Source: Pseudomonadota bacterium (GTDB lineage: Bacteria; Pseudomonadota; Alphaproteobacteria; Rhodobacterales; Rhodobacteraceae). Taken from it: a stretch of DNA of 64,000 bases. How positions within the stretch are numbered: the first letter of the stretch is position 1; the number at the start of each line of letters is the position of its first letter. Shown one piece after another: positions 57,917 through 64,000 of the stretch. Below the pieces are notes generated by a model. That model was not told the DNA's origin, searched no databases, and saw only the letters and a list, made by a program, of their open reading frames with translations. The stretch is from contig JBCCZI010000003.1 of the NCBI GenBank assembly GCA_039187815.1, forward strand, positions 39,535-103,534, given 5' to 3'. Position numbers and translations under genes: made by a program.

Positions 57917-59242
57917 ATGCACCGATATCTCAAGACCGCCGCCATGGCCGCCATGGGGCTGGCCATCGCCGGGGCCGCCGCCGCCAACCCCTATAAACCC
58001 TATGAGGGCACGACGCTGGTGGTGAACTTCCCCGCGCACCCCCACTACGACGCGGTGATGAAGGTGCTGCCCGAGTTCATCAAGGAGACCGGCATCGAGG
58101 TGGAGGTGGACCAGCTCCAATACCTCAAGATGCGCGAACGCCAGACCCTCGAGCTGACCAAGCGCGAGGGCGATTACGACCTGATCGCCTATGTGGTGTT
58201 CTCGAAGGCCGACTATGTCTTTGCCGACCAGCTCGAGAACCTCGCGCGCTATTTCATGAACCCCAAGCTGGCGGACCCGGCCTATGACGCGGCGGATCTG
58301 ATCGACGGCTATGTGGAGAACATCGGCGTCGCGGGCGGCAAGAAGGGCTATCTGCCGGGCAAGACCGGCTCGCTCTTTGGTATCCCGTTCGGCTCCGAGA
58401 CCTCGGTGCTCGGCTATCGCAAGGACATCTTCGAGAAGCACGGGCTCGCGGTGCCTGAGACCTATGACGAGATGCTGGATCTGGCCTGCAAGATCCCCGA
58501 GCTCGAGCCCGGCATGGGTGGCATGTCCTCGCGCGCGGCCTCGGGGCACCAGGCCTCCCACGCCTTCCTGTTGCATCTGGCGCCGCTCGGCGGGCGGGTG
58601 TTGGATGACAGCTGGCAGCCGATCGTGAACAACGCGGCCGGGGTCGAGGCGGCCAATGCCCTGAAGACCATCGTCGATTGCGGGCCCGAGGGCGCCTCGG
58701 GCTTTGCCTTTGGCGAGGCGCTGTCGAGCTTCCTGCAGGGCAAGACGGCCATGTATCTCGACACCACCGTGGTGGCGGGGCAGATCGACGATCCCTCGAA
58801 ATCCAAGGTGGTCGGCAAGGTCGGCTGGGCGCTGCACCCCATGGGCGTGCGCCGCGGCTCGCAGACCGGCGGCTTCGGCATCGGCATCCCGAAGAACGCC
58901 CAGAACAAAGAGGCCGCCTTCCTGCTGATGCAATGGCTGACCTCGAAGACGGGCGACAAGCTGGTGGCTTTGGCCGGCGGCAACCCCTCGCGCTTCTCGA
59001 CCCATGCGGATGCGGAGGTGAACGCCAAGTTCCCGCACATGGCGACCTTTGGCGAGGCGCTGAAGCATGCCGACCCGGACTGGCGCCCGATCATCCCCGT
59101 CTGGGGCAAGATCAACGCCGATCTCGGCACGGCCCTCAGCAAGGTGCTGACCGAGGGGCTGGACCCGCAGGAGGCGTTGGACGGCGTGGCCGAGCGCGCC
59201 CGCACGACCCTGGACGAGGCCGGGTACTACACCTGGCAGTGA
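57917..59242 (+). CDS. Carbohydrate/sugar-acid ABC substrate-binding protein
   Basis: Signal peptide; extracellular solute-binding family 1 features; GGAGG RBS. Confidence 0.88.
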   Translation: MHRYLKTAAMAAMGLAIAGAAAANPYKPYEGTTLVVNFPAHPHYDAVMKVLPEFIKETGIEVEVDQLQYLKMRERQTLELTKREGDYDLIAYVVFSKADYVFADQLENLARYFMNPKLADPAYDAADLIDGYVENIGVAGGKKGYLPGKTGSLFGIPFGSETSVLGYRKDIFEKHGLAVPETYDEMLDLACKIPELEPGMGGMSSRAASGHQASHAFLLHLAPLGGRVLDDSWQPIVNNAAGVEAANALKTIVDCGPEGASGFAFGEALSSFLQGKTAMYLDTTVVAGQIDDPSKSKVVGKVGWALHPMGVRRGSQTGGFGIGIPKNAQNKEAAFLLMQWLTSKTGDKLVALAGGNPSRFSTHADAEVNAKFPHMATFGEALKHADPDWRPIIPVWGKINADLGTALSKVLTEGLDPQEALDGVAERARTTLDEAGYYTWQ

Positions 59243-59303
59243 CCTTGGCAGTGACCTTGGCGAGGCGGCGGGCCCAAGCGCCCGTAGCCCCCCGGAGCCC
59301 CGC

Positions 59304-60218
59304 ATGCTCAAGCAGCGCCTCAACCGGCTGACGCCCTATCTCTTCCTAGCCCCTGCGCTCGCGGTGCTGGCGGTGGGGCTGCTCTACCCGATCCTCTACA
59401 TGGTCTATGCGAGTTTCCTCGACTGGAACCCCAGCCAGAGGATCGGCGAGGCGGACTGGCGCGGCTGGGGCAACTATGCCGGTCTCTGGGCCGATGAGGC
59501 CTTTGCCGAGAGCTTTTGGGTCACCATCAAATTCGCCGCCATCGTGGTGACCATCGAGATGGTGCTGGGCGTCGGCCTCGCCCTGTTGCTCGACCGCAAG
59601 CTGCGGGGCATGGCAGCGCTGCGCACGCTGTTCATCCTGCCCATGATGATCGCGCCCATCGTGGTCGGCATGGTCTGGCGCTATATGTACCACCCCTCGG
59701 TCGGGATCGTGAACCGCACGCTGAGCGGCCTCGGGCTCGAGCCGATCCCCTGGACCTCCGATGGCGGCTGGGCCTTTGCCTCGGTGGTCATCGCCGATAT
59801 ATGGCAATGGACGCCGTTTATCTTCATCCTGGCGCTGGCGGCGCTGCAATCGCTGCCGCGCTCGGCGCTCGAGGCCGCGCGGATCGACGGCGCCACCCCC
59901 TGGCAGCAGATCTGGCACATCAAGCTGCCGCTGATGATGCCGGTGCTGATCGTCACCTGCCTGCTCCGCCTGATCGACGCCTTCAAGGTGCTGGAGGTGA
60001 TCCTGGTCATGACCAATGGCGGCCCCGGGCTCTCGACCGAGATCCTGGCGCTGCGGATCTCGCGCACCGCCTCCGAGTTCCGCGAGCTCGGCGAGGCGGC
60101 GGCCATGTCGAACGTGCTGCTGATCCTGCTTCTGGTGCTGACGGTGGCGATGTTTCTCTACAACAAGGCGGTCGAGGCGCGGGCCGCGCGCCTGCGCGCC
60201 GCGGCGGAGGAGAGCTGA
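59304..60218 (+). CDS. CUT1 ABC permease
   Basis: LPMMIAPIVVG, WQWTPF, EAARIDGA. Confidence 0.92.
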   Translation: MLKQRLNRLTPYLFLAPALAVLAVGLLYPILYMVYASFLDWNPSQRIGEADWRGWGNYAGLWADEAFAESFWVTIKFAAIVVTIEMVLGVGLALLLDRKLRGMAALRTLFILPMMIAPIVVGMVWRYMYHPSVGIVNRTLSGLGLEPIPWTSDGGWAFASVVIADIWQWTPFIFILALAALQSLPRSALEAARIDGATPWQQIWHIKLPLMMPVLIVTCLLRLIDAFKVLEVILVMTNGGPGLSTEILALRISRTASEFRELGEAAAMSNVLLILLLVLTVAMFLYNKAVEARAARLRAAAEES

Positions 60219-61078
60219 TGCAGGCCCGTCCCAACCCCGCCTTCTATGCGCTGATCGCCTGCCTGGTGCTGATGTCGGCCGGGCCCATCGCGCTGATGCT
60301 GGTGACCTCGCTCAAGCTCAATGTCGACATCATGGACGACGCCTCGAGCCTGCTGTTCATGCCGACGCTGCGCAATTACGAGACCGTGCTCTGCAACGCG
60401 CTGTGGTACGAGCCCGCGCATGTGGAGTATTGCGACAAGACCTTTGGGCGGGCGCTCGGCAACTCGCTGATCGTCGCGATCCTCTCGACCGTGCTGACCT
60501 TGGTGATCGGGACCATGGCGGCCTATGCCATCGTGCGATTCCGGTTCATGGGGCGCGGGGCGGTGAACCTGACGACGCTGATGATGCGCATGGTGCCGCC
60601 CGCGGTGCTGCTGGTGCCGGTCTTTGGCATCTGGACGTTCCAATACGCCCTCGACGGCACCTATACGGGCATCATCCTGGTCTATGTGGCGATGAACCTG
60701 CCCTTTGTGATCTGGATTTTGCAGAGCTTCATCGTCCAAGTGCCGATCCAGCTGGAGGAAGCCGCCAAGATGGACGGCGCTGGGCCCTTCCAGATCTTCT
60801 TCCTGATCGTGCTGCCGGTGATCAAGCCGGGGCTGGCGGCGGCCTCGATCTTCACCTTCCGCATCGCCTGGAACGAGTTCCTGCTGGCCAATGCGCTCTC
60901 GGACCGGGGCACCCGCACGGTGCCGGTGACCATCGTCAACAGCCTCACCGAGCACGACATCGACTGGGGGGTGATCATGGCGACGGGGACGCTGCTGGCG
61001 ATCCCGCCGATCCTGTTCACCTTCATTGCGTCCAAGCAGATCATCACTGGCATGACCGCGGGGGCGGTCAAGGGGTGA
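60218..61078 (+). CDS. CUT1 ABC permease
   Basis: EEAAKMDGA, FRIAWNEFL. Confidence 0.92.
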   Translation: MQARPNPAFYALIACLVLMSAGPIALMLVTSLKLNVDIMDDASSLLFMPTLRNYETVLCNALWYEPAHVEYCDKTFGRALGNSLIVAILSTVLTLVIGTMAAYAIVRFRFMGRGAVNLTTLMMRMVPPAVLLVPVFGIWTFQYALDGTYTGIILVYVAMNLPFVIWILQSFIVQVPIQLEEAAKMDGAGPFQIFFLIVLPVIKPGLAAASIFTFRIAWNEFLLANALSDRGTRTVPVTIVNSLTEHDIDWGVIMATGTLLAIPPILFTFIASKQIITGMTAGAVKG

Positions 61079-61782
61079 TCGACTGGCTGACGGCCCCGAT
61101 CGACCCCGCGCGAGCGCATGAGCTCGGCGCCTATGTCTCCTGGCACGGGCGGCTGATGGTGCTGGCCTGGGGCGGGCTGTTCCCGCTCGGCATCCTGGCC
61201 GCGCGGTTCTGGAAGATCACGCCCGGGCAGGACTGGCCGCGCGAGCTCGACAACAAGGCGTGGTGGCATGCGCATCTGGGGCTGCAATACACCGGCGGCG
61301 CGGCGATGCTGGCGGCGCTCGCGCTGATCCTGCTGCATGGCGGCGCGGGCGGGGGCACCCACGGTCTGCTCGGCTGGACGGTCGCGGTCTTTGCCGCGCT
61401 GCAGTTTGCTGCCGGCTGGCTCCGCGGCTCAAAGGGCGGGCCGACCGAGCCCGAGCGTGCGGGCGACCATTTCGACATGACGCGGCGGCGGCGGATCTTC
61501 GAGCATTTCCACAAAAGCGCGGGCTACGGCCTGCTGGCGCTGGCGGCCTGGACGCTGCTGAACGGGCTTTGGCTCGCCAATGCGCCGCGCTGGATGTGGC
61601 TGGCGCTGGCGCTCTGGTGGAGCGGGCTGGCCGCGGTGTTTTGGGTGCTCCAGCGCCGCGGCATGGCGGTGGACACCTATCAGGCGATCTGGGGCCCGGA
61701 CCCGAGCTTCCCCGGCAACCGGCGCAAGCTGATCGGCTGGGGCGTGCGCCGGCCCGCCGATCCGCGCCAGGCGGGCGAGTAG
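61075..61782 (+). CDS. Cytochrome b561-domain membrane protein
   Basis: Four TM-associated His (WHGRLM, WHAHL, THGLLG, HFHK); GTGA overlap with the permease. Confidence 0.8.
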   Translation: MIDWLTAPIDPARAHELGAYVSWHGRLMVLAWGGLFPLGILAARFWKITPGQDWPRELDNKAWWHAHLGLQYTGGAAMLAALALILLHGGAGGGTHGLLGWTVAVFAALQFAAGWLRGSKGGPTEPERAGDHFDMTRRRRIFEHFHKSAGYGLLALAAWTLLNGLWLANAPRWMWLALALWWSGLAAVFWVLQRRGMAVDTYQAIWGPDPSFPGNRRKLIGWGVRRPADPRQAGE

Positions 61783-61784
61783 CC

Positions 61785-62672
61785 TCAGCTCGGGATGCCG
61801 CGCGTGTCCCGTTCGGCAAAGAACTCCATGAGCGCGGCCTGGTCCGCATCGCCGAGCCCCGCCGCGGTCAAGAGCCGGTGCACCTCGGCGCAGGCGGCCG
61901 TCAGCGGCATCGCCGTGTTGGTCAGCCGCGCCAGATCCTGCGCGCCGTTCAAGTCCTTGACCATGTTCGCGATGCGCCCCGTCGGGGTATAGTCGCGGGC
62001 CGCCATACGGGGCATGAACTCCTGCAGGATCGCGCTGTCGGCCCGCCCGCCTTTCAGCGCCACGGGGATCATCGCCGCATCGACGCCCGCATCCTGGGCG
62101 AGCCGCGTCGCCTCGGCCACCGCCATAAAGCCCAGCCCGCACAGCACCTGGTTGATCAGCTTGGTGGTCTGGCCGGCGCCCGAAGGCCCCATATGGGTGA
62201 AGTTGGCGCAGAGCCCATCCATCACCGCCCGCGCGGCTGCAAAATCCTCGGCCCGCCCGCCGGCCATGACCGTGAGCGCACCGGTCCGCACCTTGGGCGC
62301 CCCGCCCGAGAGCGGCGCGTCCAGCCAGCGCAGCCCCCGCGCCTCGGCCTCGGCCGCCAGCGCCTGGGTCGCAGGCGGATCAATCGAAGACATATCGATG
62401 ATCAGCGTGCCGGGCGCCGCGCCCTCGGCCACCCCGCCGGGGCCAAAGACCGCCGCCCGCACGATCGCCGCGGAGTTGAGCGACAGGATCACAAATGCCT
62501 TGCCCGCCGCCGCCTCGGCGCCCGAGGCGCCGGCCTTGGCCCCCAGGCGCACCAGCCGCGCCACCGCTTCGGCATCGAGATCGAAGACCGTGAGGTCCTC
62601 ACCCAGCTCGGCCAGCCGCGCGCCGATGGCCCCGCCCATCGCCCCGCAGCCGATCAGTGCAACCCGGTTCAT
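61785..62672 (-). CDS. NAD(P)-dependent beta-hydroxyacid dehydrogenase (HIBADH/GarR family)
   Basis: IGCGAMG, IDMSS, LDAPLSGG, GAGQTTKLINQ. Confidence 0.88.
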   Translation of the reverse strand: MNRVALIGCGAMGGAIGARLAELGEDLTVFDLDAEAVARLVRLGAKAGASGAEAAAGKAFVILSLNSAAIVRAAVFGPGGVAEGAAPGTLIIDMSSIDPPATQALAAEAEARGLRWLDAPLSGGAPKVRTGALTVMAGGRAEDFAAARAVMDGLCANFTHMGPSGAGQTTKLINQVLCGLGFMAVAEATRLAQDAGVDAAMIPVALKGGRADSAILQEFMPRMAARDYTPTGRIANMVKDLNGAQDLARLTNTAMPLTAACAEVHRLLTAAGLGDADQAALMEFFAERDTRGIPS

Positions 62673-62683
62673 GGCACCCCTCC

Positions 62684-63436
62684 TCAGAGACAGGCGGTCA
62701 TGCCGCCATCGACGAACAGCGTCTGGCCATTCACGAAACTCGCCGCCGGCGAGGCCAGAAAGACCGCCGCCCCCACCAGTTCGGGCAGCTGGCCCCAGCG
62801 CCCCTGCGGCGTGCGCTTGGCGATCCAAGCGGTGAACTCGGCATCGGCCACCAGCGCGGCGTTCAGCGGCGTGTCGAAATAGCCGGGCGCGATGGCGTTG
62901 ACGTTCAGCCCCTTGGGCGCCCAATCGGTGGCCATGCCCTTGGTCAGGTTCGCCACCGCCCCTTTTGAGGCCGTATAGGGCGCGATCCCCGGCCGCGCCA
63001 ACGCCGTCTGGACCGAAGCGATGTTGATGATCTTGCCCGTTTGGCGCTGGATCATATGCCGCGCCACCGCCTGACCCACATGAAAGACCGAGTGCACATT
63101 GGTCCGCATCAGCCGGTCGAAATCGGCGGGCTCGAAATCCTCGAGCGGCGTGCGATGCTGCATGCCGGCATTGTTGATGAGGATGTCGATGCGCCCCTCG
63201 GCCACCTCGAATCCGTCGACCGCCGTGCGCACCGCCGCCGCATCGGTCACATCGAAAGCCAGGCTCTCGGCCCCCAGCCGCTCGGCCGCCGCCGCCAGCT
63301 TGTCCGCATCGCGCCCGTTCAGAACAACGCGCGCGCCGGCCTCCATCAGGCCCATGGCCAGCGTGTAGCCGATGCCTTGGCTCGAGCCCGTGATCAGCGC
63401 CGTCTTGCCGGAAAGATCGAACAGGGTCGTGGACAT
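62684..63436 (-). CDS. idnO: Gluconate 5-dehydrogenase (SDR, IdnO/Gno-like)
   Basis: TGSSQGIG, NNAGMQHR, NIASVQT.LARPGIAPYTASKG, APGYFDTPLN. Confidence 0.88.
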   Translation of the reverse strand: MSTTLFDLSGKTALITGSSQGIGYTLAMGLMEAGARVVLNGRDADKLAAAAERLGAESLAFDVTDAAAVRTAVDGFEVAEGRIDILINNAGMQHRTPLEDFEPADFDRLMRTNVHSVFHVGQAVARHMIQRQTGKIINIASVQTALARPGIAPYTASKGAVANLTKGMATDWAPKGLNVNAIAPGYFDTPLNAALVADAEFTAWIAKRTPQGRWGQLPELVGAAVFLASPAASFVNGQTLFVDGGMTACL

Positions 63437-63471
63437 AGCGCCTCCCTTGGCCTGCTTGGCGAAGGGGTATA

Positions 63472-63485
63472 TGTTATCGGTAACA
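63472..63485. promoter_or_regulatory. GntR(LacI)-type operator between divergent idnO and idnD
   Basis: TGTTATCGGTAACA. Confidence 0.75.
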
Positions 63486-63518
63486 CTTGCAAGCCCGCCC
63501 AAGCCCGCCGAGGATCCC

Positions 63519-64000
63519 ATGAAAGCCATCGTCATCCACGCGCCCAAGGATCTGCGGATCGAAGAGCGGGACGCCGCCGAGCCCGGGCCGGGCGAGGTGC
63601 GGGTGCGGCTCGCCATGGGCGGGGTCTGCGGATCGGACCTGCACTACTACACCCATGGCGGCTTCGGGGCGGTGCGGCTGCGCGAGCCGATGATCCTGGG
63701 CCATGAGGTGGCGGGCCATGTGGAGGCGCTCGGCCCCGGGGTGGAGGGCCTGGCCATCGGCGATCTGGTGGCCGTCTCGCCGTCGCGCCCCTGCGGGGTC
63801 TGCCGCTATTGCGTGGCGGGGCTGCACAACCACTGCCTGGATATGCGCTTTTATGGCTCGGCCATGCCGTTTCCGCACATCCAGGGCGCGTTTCGCGAAG
63901 TCCTGGTGGCCGATGCGGCGCAATGCGTGCGGGCCGAGGGGCTCTCGCCCGCCGAAGCCGCCATGGCCGAGCCGCTGGCCGTCTGTCTCCACGCCACACG
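63519..64000 (+). CDS. idnD: L-idonate 5-dehydrogenase (Zn-dependent MDR), truncated by the window end
   Basis: MKAIVIHAPKDLRIE, GVCGSDLHYY.HGGFG.V.LREPMILGHE, C..C..C...HNHC, RFYGSAM.FPH.QG. Confidence 0.88.
   Translation, partial: MKAIVIHAPKDLRIEERDAAEPGPGEVRVRLAMGGVCGSDLHYYTHGGFGAVRLREPMILGHEVAGHVEALGPGVEGLAIGDLVAVSPSRPCGVCRYCVAGLHNHCLDMRFYGSAMPFPHIQGAFREVLVADAAQCVRAEGLSPAEAAMAEPLAVCLHAT

Noticed and set aside
59235-59261. 12-bp tandem duplication GGCAGTGACCTT at the SBP stop codon
   Set aside because: Two copies only, consistent with a slippage duplication; not a CRISPR or REP array, and the reading frame is unaffected.

Overview
High-GC alphaproteobacterial chromosomal window (Rhodobacterales-like gene content and order). 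About 1-20 kb is housekeeping: sspB, fumC, ccdA, tusA, the F0 ATP synthase operon atpI-B-E-G-F, and a long minus-strand ffh-5xGNAT-chorismate mutase-rpsP-rimM-VOC-trmD-rplS operon. An Imm21-like immunity gene and its decayed tandem paralog sit between rplS and atpF. About 22-54.5 kb is a reduced-nitrogen scavenging region: a polyamine-type ABC transporter with FAD oxidase and LysR; a guanidine-I riboswitch operon with a candidate sigma54 promoter (ABC transporter, an embedded TylF-like methyltransferase, GdmH-like guanidine hydrolase, a CMD-family protein and a His-rich protein); a GcvT-family dehydrogenase; copA/cueR; two formamidase-family genes (one with a signal peptide); urtABCDE; and a permease-fused hybrid kinase with its response regulator. 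About 54.5-64 kb is a GntR(LacI)-type sugar-acid module: two regulators, four operator-like palindromes, an ABC transporter, cytochrome b561, and gluconate-5- and idonate-5-dehydrogenases. No rRNA, tRNA, CRISPR array, transposase or integrase was seen. Calls come from motif recognition by eye; no database searches were run. Starts were often trimmed from the ORF track to the most plausible RBS-supported codon.
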